DNA from: Tubiluchus corallicola
Lineage: Eukaryota > Animalia > Priapulida
Direction of reading: 5' to 3'
Length of the DNA stretch: 64,000 nucleotides
Assembly (NCBI GenBank): GCA_030141605.1
Contig: JAQGDQ010000081.1
Span: 496,001 to 560,000, forward strand
Under the pieces are notes generated by a model. The model was not told the origin of the DNA and searched no databases. It worked only from the letters and a program-made list of their open reading frames with translations. Positions 25,877-39,500 of this stretch are shown here, piece after piece. Numbering within the stretch: the stretch's first letter is position 1; every line of letters starts with the position of its first letter. The position numbers were made by a program, and so were the translations under genes.

Positions 25877-28800
25877 TTAATACATTAGACTGCTATTTGT
25901 TGAGGAGTTGAAATATCTGGAACTGTGTTTCGAAAGTCCGTTTACCTCCTTGAAAGGCGTGTCTCTACTCCTACACATAAACCAGTTTGACATCAGAGAG
26001 TTGTTTAATAACGAGTTGTAGTAAGAAGAGTAGTCAGTTGCATGGGATAAGTTTAGCTGCCCAATTGTAGGAAGGTTTACCCCACAAAGTCGACATCTTT
26101 GCTGACAATAAGAACACACGTGATGCAAACTTGAATGTGTTTCGTGTAACAACTTTAAGCGCGCCATGTCTAGCGAACAGTTGTAACAATTCGGTTGATA
26201 CGTGTGGCGGCATCTATGTGAAGTGCCGGAACTATGCCCTGGTGAAGTTGATGAATTTGGTTTGCTGTCAATGTGAGAGGCCTCGCCTGTAGGCAATACT
26301 GCTTTGCTGCTGTACACAGAACTTGGCGTTTGCCAATATTCTACTGATTCAGGATTCTGGTTAAGCTGACCCCTGTCAAAATATTCCATGTTCAGGGAAG
26401 CAAATATGTCATACTCCGGAAACATCGGTCTTACGTTAAACCGCGATAAATTATTATCGTCGGCGCCCCTTGATGGTTTGAATGGATTGGCATTATCTGA
26501 AGCGGTATTCTTTTCAATTGTGGCAATTTCATAAGGCCTGACTAGATCAATCCCATGGTTGAAATTACTTTTAAGCTTGCCTTTTGGCAAAAGATGGGCG
26601 ATTGAACCCCGGCGGTTGGCTTCGGCGACTAGTTGAGCAACTGATCCCTGACGGTTGGCTTCTTTTACCAGCTGAGCAACAGAACCGTAGCGGTAAGCTT
26701 CCCGGACTAGTCGCGTGATGGTGTCGTACTCGTTATCATTCTGGTATGTCTCCGCTTTTAAATCTGGAGATTCTTGCGCTGAATGGAAAAACGACCCATG
26801 ATTACTGCCATTTGGGTCAGAGAATTCTTGATGGGATAACGTTGATTCATGGTAGCTGCTGGTCTCATGAACAAGTTGAGCAATTGCTCGTCTGGCTAAC
26901 TGACCGTAGTGGTCAGCTTTTTGACCCAGGCGTGTGATCAAACTACGTCTGTTTACTTTCTGTTCAGATTGTTTTGTTTGAATGGTAGTCTTATTCAACA
27001 AATTAGTCGAACCAAGGGCTTCTTGTCTAGAGGGTTCCCTAGATAAGTGGCCTAGCGATGCGTATTGATGGATATCCTGAGCGACACCAGTAGGGAACCG
27101 CTGGCTGTTTGAATCTTCTTGGACTGACAAGGTAGATGATCCGCTGAGGTCATGATCTGAGTCAGCAGGCTTGTCATTTTGTTCTGCTGCATGACTGTTT
27201 CTCGTGGGAGATTGGAATGCTTTGCGATCAACTTCACTACCAAGGCAGGCACTGGACCTCACCTTAGTCTCTTTCTTTGTGAATGGGTTGCACTGAATAG
27301 TATTTCTGTGATTAACAGGTTCATTATCTAGTAACTCAACATGTGCATTCTCATCTGAAGTTTGTTTGCCATGATCTTCAATCAGAACGGATGAATTATT
27401 AGAGCTATTACCCTCCTCCAGATTGTCAGCAGAGCTTCGACGTCTGGTTTCATTAATTGCGTGGCTACCAGATTCTGTACCTTGACGTTTAGCTTCACGT
27501 GGGTTTCCCACAGAATTCCCATTGGTGGCTTCATTACTCACGTTTTTGGTAGATGAACTTCTGGGAACTTCCTGGGGCAGATTGGTAATGGAACCACGTT
27601 GGTTGGCTTCTTCTGTTAGGTACTCGACAGAACGGCTGCTGTTTTCTTGAACAAGTTGGGAGATGATACCAAGGTGGTTGGTTTCTTGTACAAGATGAGC
27701 GATGGTGCCCAGCCGCTCTGCCTCCTCTATTGTATCAGGAAGTTTCTGGTTTAGCGTTTCGGGGAGAAAGAGAGTAAGAATAGCAGCGGCTAACGTCGTG
27801 GTACCTAAAATGACATACGGCAACCATTCCAACGATGATATACTACCCTAAAAACAGTACGATCAAACATATTGTAATACTAGTTTTTTCTAAACACAGA
27901 GGGCATTTATAAACGCTGTAAAGATGAGTATTCACATAATTCACTAGAAAGCTTATGACAACCTTAACCATGTACTCAATGGTGGTAAATTGTCAGTAGA
28001 TTAAGTCAAATGTACATCTGAACAGGGCTCGGATTTACCTACTTGTTGGCCTTAATCCAAACCTATCAGTGGACCCCCAAAGTTACAGAAAGTTTGGCAT
28101 ATTTCAGAATCCAATATATATATATATATTACTACAACTTTTTTTGTAATGGCCAAATGCTAATAAATATTACATACTGTTATAATATAAGATATACGAA
28201 TTTCAACACAATGTAACGCATTATTACTTTTTACTTTTAATCAAATTAATTTTGTACTAGCCAAACCCCTCAAAAGAATTTTGCGCATAAACTCACAACA
28301 ACAACCCACACCACACCACACATCCAAACACCACCTCACTTACACTACACCACCGACACCACATCACACTGCACCAACCCATCGCTCCACTCACAGCACA
28401 CCACCCACACCACAGCACACCATACCACAACACCACACCACCCACAACAAACCACACCACGCCATCCACAGCACATCACCAACACCACACCACACAACAC
28501 CCACCAGATCACATGGTGATCATGATGTTGATGGCGAAGATGATGATGATGATGGCGGGCAACGATGACGATACCTACAACACCAACACCAACAGCACAG
28601 CATCGCAGCAAGACCATTCCAAGCATTTTCAAAAAAGTCGAAACTGCGTGCTATAATAAATGCTCTTAGTCAGTATACCAATGATCAATAACGCGCGGAC
28701 ATTCTACATAGTTTCTCAAAAGATAATAATAACCTAACAGAACTTATTTATGTGTACAATATATACCACTGTAGAACGGCGGGTGAAGACAATGCCTGGA

Positions 28801-30483
28801 ACAGCCGTGAAATTTCTCAAACTCAAAGACAATAGGTGTTCCAAACAGCGTGCAGCACAGGGGAGTAGAAAAAGAACTTCGAAATACACCTCTCCTGTTT
28901 CGTTCAGTATACATCTCTCCCATACACAAATTGAGTTTTCCTAGAAGTTGTTTGACCAGTTTTCTGCAAAATTTGCGCGGTTGGGTCCGGGAAAACACCC
29001 GTCACGGGGCGTCATGGTCCTACCACGAATTCTAAGGATGATTATAACACCCACTGTTGAACGGGCCATCTAACCATTTCCGGCACCACCCCCGACGCGT
29101 TCCCGTTCTCTAGAAATAAGAGGTACAAGTTTTGCAAAAAATGGCCATTTTTGTAGGTTTTTCGGCGCCGTTTCTCCCTGTGGGACCAATTCGAAAAATA
29201 AACCCCCAGGTGCGAGCCCCTGGATGGAGACCTTTCATTTGACGTATAGATCGTAGAAAATGTTGCCGTCGTGAGAGCTGTAGCTGTACCTATCTATAGC
29301 ACCGAAATTAATATATACGATTATGTACATCTTATATATGGGTGTGTGTGTGTGTGTGTGTGTGTACATATATATGTGAGAAAAAAATCAAAGCGAATAG
29401 AACTATTCAATTACAAATGTTACAAAACAACATTTAAACTAACTATAATATCATGATTTGTAATTTTGAAAGCTTATCATTTCGAAAATTTAATGACCCA
29501 CCAATGACACTATAATGCATTGTTTCCTATTTGATAGAGTGTGTAATACGATTTCGTTTTTCCATTCAGAATTTCACGATTAGTTTTCAATGTTATGTAC
29601 TAGTGTTCCTGCATATTTTAGCTATTGACATCTCACTTAATGTACATCTCACAATTTGTTTATTCTCCACGTCCATGTAAGTTTACACGATTATATTTGA
29701 CTTACATCTGCTTACACTACTGATCACGATTATATTTTTTCTTTACAAGTGTAATTTATTTTACCATTAATAATGCGACTTTTTCTCTCTCAATATTAAA
29801 ATATCAAGCCTTGCCTCTTAAAATCTTTCACTTCACTCCTTAAATTCTTACTTCTCTTTTGCCATTCCCTCTTTGTGCTTACAATTATGCAAACAAGAAC
29901 AAAAAGATTAAAAGGTAAATTAGTTACCAAGAACACAATTTGTGGCGCCAGGAGAGCTCCCACCCTGCTGAACAATGACGTCACGCCCCAAGCAAAACTT
30001 CTGACGGCTGTGGGGAACAACTCAGAACCATAGAGGTAGATGATAGTGACGCAAGCTGAGGCAGCACACCGTCCCAACAGGCCCGTCACTGTTACTGCAG
30101 CTGATATTTTTTCACTCGAACCTGGAAAATGACGATTGATTGGTTTGCAGAAGACTAACATGGATGGAGTATCGAAGGCATGTTTAAAGCAAAACTGGAC
30201 GATTTCTCTATGTTAGACTCTCGGAACCTGCATGTGAGATACGCAATAGGATCATCATTCAAAACGTAGTTTAATCATGCACTATACTAGGTGATTAATG
30301 GTTTGTGTTAATGAAATAACATAATAATATTTTCTATAATTGAATGATTATATATGTGTTTTACGTTTGTCACACCTTGATTTAATTATATTAAGCACAG
30401 CTGCTGTTTTCTAATTCTAGATTATAATTATTGATACGATATTTACATTGATGACGTAATATAGAGTAATGTTACGGGTAATG

Positions 30484-30575
<92 letters not shown>

Positions 30576-33500
30576 GATTATTATTATTATTATTAATATA
30601 AATCTAACATAATCATAGTTATGAAACGGCAGTCTTTTATGTAGAGGGATCACAAATTCAAAACACACGAAACTTTTAAAAGACACCACCAGAACACTCA
30701 CGAATAAAAAAGGAGAAGTAAAATTATTCTCAACTAAAAGCAGAGGCTTTTTAACTGCACTTTGGATTTGCAGCCCTACTGGAGACTTTATACGTGTCAA
30801 ACCGGGCGGTAAACCCCCTCCGACAAAGACAGTTGACAGATGTTACATAAGAAAGGGCTAGAAGCAAATACGTGATAATTTAGCTGATTAGACTATTGTA
30901 AAGGTCATCACAAAACCCGTCAGGGTTACTACCTCTAAGATCATTTTGCTGTTAATTGCTAATGTAATTTTACCTAGATAAACTTTCATCACTGCGATAC
31001 TAATGCAGCAAATGCCAGCAGTGATAAAATACGCCAAAAGTGGTTTCTTTCTTCCAAACCTAGAGTAAAAATCATTTGGTTGATATTAGAGAATGATATG
31101 TATAAAATGAGATGTCATTAAGCAGTACAAAAACAGGAAGGTTTTAGGTAGCATCTAGTAACATAATTAGCTGTGTAAACAACAATAAAATTAATTCATT
31201 TTGCTATTGTTGCGAGGCTGAGTTTCGCCTATTTTGTGTTCAAACTTTCCCTTACTCAGAAACACAGAGTATGTTATTTTAAAGACACTTAAAAACAAAA
31301 ACACCCGTGTAAATCAAAATGTGATAATCTTAGCTCCATGAAATTCACGAGTCCTACTTTCTGACAGGCTTAAATTTAAATATAAACTTGTCTTACCTAC
31401 GCAATATTTATAAATATAAGTACCGCATTCTCAATCCTTGTGGTTGCTGAGATGGATCAATTGTAGGAGTCTGGTAACCCCTTAAGAAGAGGTTGCGCTT
31501 TATGTTTTCCGTTTAACCAGATACTTAAATCAGTTCAATCTTAAAGTTTCGTTCAAATTTGCAAAATTTTAACAGTTTGATGTTTTCAAAGTTTACACTT
31601 TCATTCAACGATTAGTAGGTTAGTCAAGAATTTTTGTCGGGTCTCTTTTAAAGCTGGCATAATGGCTCCAAGTAGTTTGGTTTGGCAATCTATTTTCTGG
31701 ATGTGAAATTAGAAGCAGGTGCGATAACTGAAAAGAGATTTTTTAATTAACAGCAGCGAAACCCACCTGTTCAGCAAGAATATGGCCACGGAGTGCACTA
31801 CAGTTTCGGCAAGTGCTGCAATGAAGAAGACCAGATATTTGTCTCCTTTCCATGCAGACGTCAGTAGTGACAGTCCAAAATACAAGCTCATCGTAGCTAA
31901 TCTGAAAGTGAAATGATATTAGTTAGAGAAATTTTAATTAATGTGACGTCAGTCAAAAGTTACATGTACTTTCACATGTTTTAGCCTTAAACATACTGTA
32001 AGCTGGTCACACATGCAGGAAAATTCATGTGAGCAGGTCCAGTTAGTAATGTGAACTGTGATAAATGAGTCTCATTTCCGAAAGTGATAATTTAGTTTAA
32101 AATTTGATTGCAATTTCGAATACGATAATAAGACTTTTGTGCAAGTGTGATATTCGTATCTTATTTTGTTTTTGAATGAAAAGCACGAATCCTTTGGCTC
32201 GTCGCTCAGTGTAATCGTAGAAAACTTACGTTAATAATGGATAGGTTGCTGCCCTGCCACAGCTATGTTGAGTGCTGCAGAATGTTAGCTTCAAATACGC
32301 CGAACTATGAAGTCTTGCTGTAATCATTTATTCATCATTTGGCCTATTTCACTTTCTCGACAATTAAAAGTATTGATAGCTGTCATTGGCATTATATCAG
32401 CGCTTCTTGATGATTATGGCATGTCGGACGCCTGTTATTTATTTATTATAATACAATAAGGTTTACAATGTGAAAATGAATTTTGATATGTTAATTTTCT
32501 GGCTGTTAAGTAATGTAAATGTAACATTATTTATAATTACAAATTAAGAAATAACGCATTCTTGGTACGAAATAAGTTTGTTTTGTATAAATAACTATAG
32601 GTGGCAGCAACATCTTAAATTTTTACAGAGCGCATGCCTAAATTTCCAAATACATGCACATTTCTGATGTCATGAATAACTTATAATGTAGAATCGCCGT
32701 ACTGAACAAAGTAATAACGAAGCAAACAGCGGTCATTTGCACAGAACGGTCAGAAACTGCTGAGTTATGTTTCAAAACTTGATTATGTATTAAACATAAA
32801 TTTTTGCTAGGAAACAGCTATTCTTGTTTTGGTAATATTATTGCCAACCAGGGTTTCAGTATATACATATTTCAATTGGAAACCAATTGTGTGTCATGCC
32901 ACGGCCTATAAGAATATTCTTAGAGCGGTTAAGAAAATGGGATAGTATCGTTTTCGTTACTCCTAAAGTTATACTTTACTTTTACAAATTGATCATTCGA
33001 CCTTGTGTTAAGTAATTCAGTAAGATCTGTTTTAGTGGCACAGCCTGTTACATTAATCTCACTCTGGTTGAGTCTGATTTGGGTCAACCCTGCAGAACCT
33101 TGCTAATCGGAGGTCAGTTGCTACACTAAACCTCTTTCGTCATACCGCAGAGGATGACCCTTTCGTCATTATTTTAAGAATTACACCTTGCTGTTGGTTC
33201 TCATATTTTACCTCGGACATTCTAAACGCAAAACGGTCACTTATAGATTCAGTTTTTCCTTCTGGTCACTTATCTGTGAAATTCTCTATTAAGAAATCGT
33301 TTCCCTGAACATTACTGACTTGATTCAAGAGGAACAACAACAGATACTGTCCAAAATGATAGAAATGCGGTATAAAAATCAATAAAAATTCTCTTTTATT
33401 TTTCAAGACCCAAAATTAACTAAACCTAAAGTCGAAATAATATCTATATTTTAATGTGCTTACGCAATATAAAAGACACATAAGGAGTTTCTGCGCATGC

Positions 33501-36500
33501 GCCGAGTTTTAATCAGATCTACGAACGTGTAGTTCTTTGACGGCTGACGATTGTCTCGTCGAACAACAATGTTTTTAGCGTCGACAGAAGGTAGAGGGAG
33601 TTTGTTGAATTTGCAGGCTCTTGCCAAGTAAAGACGTATGCTTTCGTGTTTCCCGTGCAGTGTTAGCCAGCGAATCGACTCCGGATACCACCTGAAAAAA
33701 TGAATATTCTTGCATAGATTTAAATGCCACTCTTGTGCAGAGAGAGATTGCTAGACACGACCAAAAAGTGAAGCAAACAGTCTATGGTCTGCTGTTACAA
33801 AATGGCAAACAAGGAGCGCCATATAAAAAAACTGCATTAGATTGCATGGCAAAAAAGCCCTTGATTGACACACTTTTGAAGCACTTTTCTATGCAGGCTA
33901 GCAATCTCTCTGCGCATGCGTGGCATAAAATTTGTGATATTGGAGACTACTTAATTTGGCGAGTGAGCACGTTTTCTTACAATTCGACATTCTGCAAGCG
34001 GAGATCTTGTATCCAACCCTTGAACCTATTTAACGTAGATGATTTGTGTGGCAGGACTGGAATCTAACTATTTATCAAGAAGAATCCTCTGAAATGAAAC
34101 ACTGAACCAGCAGAGGTGCATTGGGATGATATACATCTTTTTACAACTAGTCACAACTGGCTGTAGTATAGCAGATGAAAATAGACAGAACCAGTTTTTC
34201 ATGCAGTCAATACTTTCCAGTCAATCATCCATTTACTGACTGAGTGCAATGTTGCTTTACCTTTGTGCTCGCTAAGACATACTGTGCCCATTTACCTACT
34301 ACTCTTGCTAATTTGGACCATTTGTAACATGGATATGTGGTAATCAGGAAGTGACACGTTGACAATAATTGATAACTCAACAGCTCTGTCATTGGAATGC
34401 TTAGTTTCGACAAAAATAAAACAGTTACAACACCAACTGACAACATCATCACTGGCGAAACAAAGTCAGCCCTAAACATAATGCGTCAGAATTGAAAAAT
34501 GTTCATGGCGTTTCTAAACTGCCCGAGTTACCAATTCTCTGAGCTATCAAGTGTCTGGATCTTCGAATGCCATGCTTAGTGACCAACTTTTTAAACTGAT
34601 TAGCAAATAGCCACAGAATTATAAACAAGGAATTTAGTTGAGATATGTAATGTTAACGTACGATTTTAGTTGAACGACAGCTATCAGGTCAACTTTATGT
34701 GCTTAGCTGAGATTTTATAATTGTTAAAGTCGTGCAGTGTGCACCCTCCTCTCTAAGACGAATTCCTTTCGTTTAGGTCAAATTAGACACATAAATCCTA
34801 TGCTAAAACCTTATTGATTACTGAAAAATGGGGCTAACAATGATGATAAAAAACTGAAATTATTACCAACAATAAATCCATGACAAAGCAGTGGGAATGA
34901 CCAATGCAAGTTGTATAAAGCGCCAATCCTTTATAAGCCAAGCTACCAGTGCCAACCACACAGAACCAACCCCATAAGCTACCTGAGTTCCACTACCTGC
35001 ATAAGTCCTGTACTTTGCAATAAACAGTTCAGTAGCAAGTACGAAATTTGAAGTCAGGATCCCCTAAAAGAAATAACAAGTCACACAGTCATAATTAAGT
35101 GTAACAGAAATTATCTGTAACCTTAATTTCAGCATTACTGGTTAATGGCAGTATGAATCCGTAACTATTACTGATTTTAAATGAGTCGGAATCACATTAA
35201 TACATTAAACCAATGTTGTACCTGGCACCAATGCTGACTCAGCAGAATTGTCACAAAGTTAGTTAATTGTCTCTGTGAAATGAAATGTAATGTGAAAGAA
35301 ATGTAAATTGAAATGTAATGTTAAAGAAATTATGCGATGGTGCATTGTTCTTTAGAACTGTGTATTTTAGTGGCTATGAATGGCTTATGTATTAATAGTA
35401 TTAAATGCATAATACTGAGGTTGTCGAAAAAAATTACGGCAGACCATCCAGACTCATCCTCTACATGCATAATGTACGTTTCAGTTGAATTTACTTACAG
35501 TTGCAAACTTGTTGCACTAATTGTTTCTTAATTAGTCTGTGCAAAGCATAAAGGAAAATTTCACCTATGCCTATAGTATATATGACCAATAAGATTGTAG
35601 AATTGTACAACAACGAAAACAAAGCAACAGCATGCGTATTATAATTATAACGATACTTAAATATACTTTATTACATAAATAAGTAGGCAGTCTAGTTGTA
35701 CATCGACAATTAATTTTTGGGGACTAAATTATTTCATTTCAGTCGCCGTCATTATCGGTGTTTTCGAGGATGACGGGCTCTGCGAAGTTCCAGAAGTTGT
35801 TGAAGTCTTGCACAACTGTCACCCTGCAAAAAATGAGAATTACGTGAGACACTGCAGACTTTCAGCTTATGTAAGTGTTTGAATAACTAATAAATCTACA
35901 GTTGAAATCTAAAGCTTGTGTGAAAGAAGTTCCAACTAACCGTTATTCTTTGTGAAAACTCCACTACTCACCTGAAAGTAACTTCCAGTTCCTGCCCAGG
36001 TTCCTGTTCCGGTGGAAACCAGTCGACCTGGACGCTACTTTTGGGAGTTTTCTTCGCGTGAGTGACGTAAGGACCGCCTTCGTCGCAATTTCTCATCTGG
36101 GTAATGGGTTGATCTTGATCGTCGACGTCTAGGAGGTTCCAGGTGCCAATTCTTTTAACATTCTCTGCATCCAAGGCTTGCAACATGAAGCCTTGGAACT
36201 GAACGTCTTCATCTTGGTTGACTTTGGTTATGACGACTAGAAAATCAAATAAATTCCTATATTGTTTTTCACTAAAGTTTTTTTATGTATCGTATCTCCT
36301 CTTACTTAAGTTATTATTACTGTTAGTTATTTAAGCATTATAGCCTTTATTGTTCAAATTAGAATTGAACTTTTTGACAACAGTCATTACAAGGTATAAC
36401 AAATTAATGTAAAAATAATTCATTTTTTTGCAATTCAGTACTCACCATGAACCGAGTCTTCAAATCCGGTTACCTCCATCTTGAAAGGCGGCGCTTCCTC

Positions 36501-39500
36501 GCTGAATTTTGGATTATCTCCATGGTTTGGCAACATCGAGTTACACACAAAAGTAGGAGCTCCACCGGGAAACCCCTGCACTGTCGTCAGGAACGACAAC
36601 ACTGCGACAAGCGTCAAAACCGGAACGCACGCCATCTAGAACCGTCACACGTCGTACTAAGGAAACTAGAGAAACAAGCTACCTACTGCAAACTCAAGCC
36701 TTTTTAACTGGTTTTCCTACTGTAGGATATGGCTTTATATATGGCGGGCTTATTCAAACCACTTGCTTCGCGTCGCTAATCATTTAAGAAAAATCTTACA
36801 GTAAGACCAGGTTTAGTATTGGTTTTAACAGGGCTTCAAATATGTAAACAGCTTTAAACGTAGTTATTACAAACTACGAAAAAACGTTTGTCTAGGCCAC
36901 TGCAACCTAAGTTACTGTATGCTTCCCCATTTTACGAAAATCACAAGCTTGTCTAGAAAATTGGCTACTTGGTCAAAAGTTTAGTTCAAATGGATAAATT
37001 TGTCCATTTTCGTCTGTCGCTTTTTAGTTCGATAACTCATTTAATTGGTTGATTACTTGGTCAGTTAGTTGGTTGATTGCTTGGTTAATCAGTCAGTCAG
37101 TCGTTCAATACTCTCTTACCCATTTTTTTCTTGATAATTTCTTTGTTCCTTGTACGTCATTTTTTGTTGTTGGTTTATTGTTTATTTGTTTTTCTGTTTG
37201 TTTGTCTTAATTTGTTTTTTCACAATACAGTCACACACAGTTTCAGAGATTACCAGTACAAGCATGTTACATATCAGTAATTACAATGTCTGGCAGAAAT
37301 TTAACAAGTGTTTGTATTTACTACTTAGCATGTAGTGGTTTTAAATGATTTAAAGCATTTTGAGTTTTAAAATTCTATGCCTGAAACCTGTGATTAAATG
37401 AATAAATACAGATGCAACGTAAAATAAAGTATAGTGAAAGCAATGTATAGCATATAGGCTTACAATGATTTAAATCAGGTAATGCATAAAATGTTTACTG
37501 CATATTTAGTAACGCTTCTTATTTTGGTCAACAGAGGGAGAAAACAGTTAAATGCGTTCTGTAAATTTTCAGTTAGCCTAGATTAAGTGGTAACGCATCT
37601 GCTTTCCGTCTGTGACGTGGTGAGATCGATACTGACGCGTTATACTGTGAAACACCTGCTAAAATGTCACCTGCTGTTGCCTGAACAAAACTCTGAGTTT
37701 AAGTTAAGTATGTCCAACCTACTTTAAGGATCATTACAATAGATACAAAAAGTTTTTGAACCCCCAATCCCCCGAAGTCATTGACTCGCTCCTTACCCCC
37801 TCAGGGACTTCAGGGTCGCAAGAACTTTGGACAAAGCCTACTTGCAGGTGAACAAAACAAACAAACAGTATTATTTTGACTGAATTATTGGAAGTCCATG
37901 TTAGTCATGAAAGTCTGTGTAATTATCATAAATCATAATAATAGTGCTATCAACAATTAGTTGATTTACGTGTCTGTAAGATTTCCATGTTTTTTGATAG
38001 GAAATGCAAGATGCGAAATGGTAACCATGCTATGTACTTCGATACATTAATAAAAGGTTGACTGTTGCCCTTCCTTAGTTTCAAAAACAGATTTTTTTTA
38101 TTGTCAAAACCTTTTGCCCTAATGAGCATCGTAAATTGAAAATACAGACGAAGTATTAAAACCAGTGTATGCAAGGTAGTAGGCAAATATCATTGATTCC
38201 AAGCAATAACTTAGAGGAAAAACAAGCAAAGAGTTGTATTTGGTTAGCTTATTAGCTAAATCAATGACATTTTAGCTACTACTTTGTTTTACCTTTGCTT
38301 GCACATTGGTTTTAACATTTTGCATATATTTTCAGCTGATGACTCCCGTTAGACAGAAAGCTCTTGACAATAAAAAAATGCTTTTGTGACTAAGAAAAGA
38401 CTCAATTTTTCATTCATGAATTAGAAATGAAAAGTCGTTGGAGAGCACTCTGTACTTTCAGTCGTATGCACTTCTTTTTGGGTTTATCACTTGAATTGTA
38501 CTTTAAAAAAACTGCTTATCAAAAACTATGTATCGAAAAATTGCAATTTGGTCAAAGGGAAACAAACACGTAGTAGCTCGCCTTTCTTGTCAACAGGTAT
38601 TAGGTCGAGACTAATACAGTGCTATACTGTTATAAGCTTTGTTTTAAGTGCTAGTGTCGTAATCTACTAAAATTATTACTGAACTAAAAAAATCCTTTCA
38701 CCTTATGTTAGAGTGCATTGACTTTTCTACCAACTTTCTTCCTACCTAATAAACATCAATTACAAACTAATTAAATAATCAAGTGACCGATCCACCAATC
38801 AACCAATGTTTAATGCTTAATATATAAAAATAATTAGCAACCTGAACGAGAAATCCAATGACAGTCCTGACAATGATGAATTCCCAAACTTCTTGCACAA
38901 AGAAGAGTCCGATACCGACCACCACGTACAAGTACAAGCAAACTACCAACACCGTCCTTCTTCCCAATCTGTAAAGAAGTCATAACCAGCTGCTGTTAAG
39001 TTGGTTTTACAAGTTTTGAAAGATATTCATCAAGAATTAGTTTAACAGCTGCAGAAATCACGTAAATTTGATTGCAAATGATATAATAAAAAGCTTGAAG
39101 TATTTTTTGCTTTTAAAATACGTAGACATTTTTGCTATTGTGATAAAATATAAAATGAGAATAAAAAACTACGTAATTACAATTTAAAAATTGAAAAAGT
39201 GTTTAACAAATCATAAATTTTAAAAATGACAAATTTGTCAACTTATCTCTTTTTAGTTTCTCTTTTTCCTTATCGATCTGTAAAGAAATCATGACTAGAC
39301 GCCGCCATATTAGCAAGTCGAAACCTATTCATTAAGGATCAATTTTAAAGCATGCAGGCTTTTACTACAGTGTTTCTCTTTTTGTCTCTGTTTTATTATA
39401 ATTATCTTCTTCTTGTTTCAAACATTGCAAACAATTGCTGTGACCTAGAAATAATCAAACAGGTCACAGAGGTGCAGTTTGCTTCAGCTTGTCCTTCTGT

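Noticed and set aside
37573-37700. Possible old tRNA-derived SINE (also ~33000-33135)
   Set aside because: A and B boxes are too degenerate and there is no second copy in the window.
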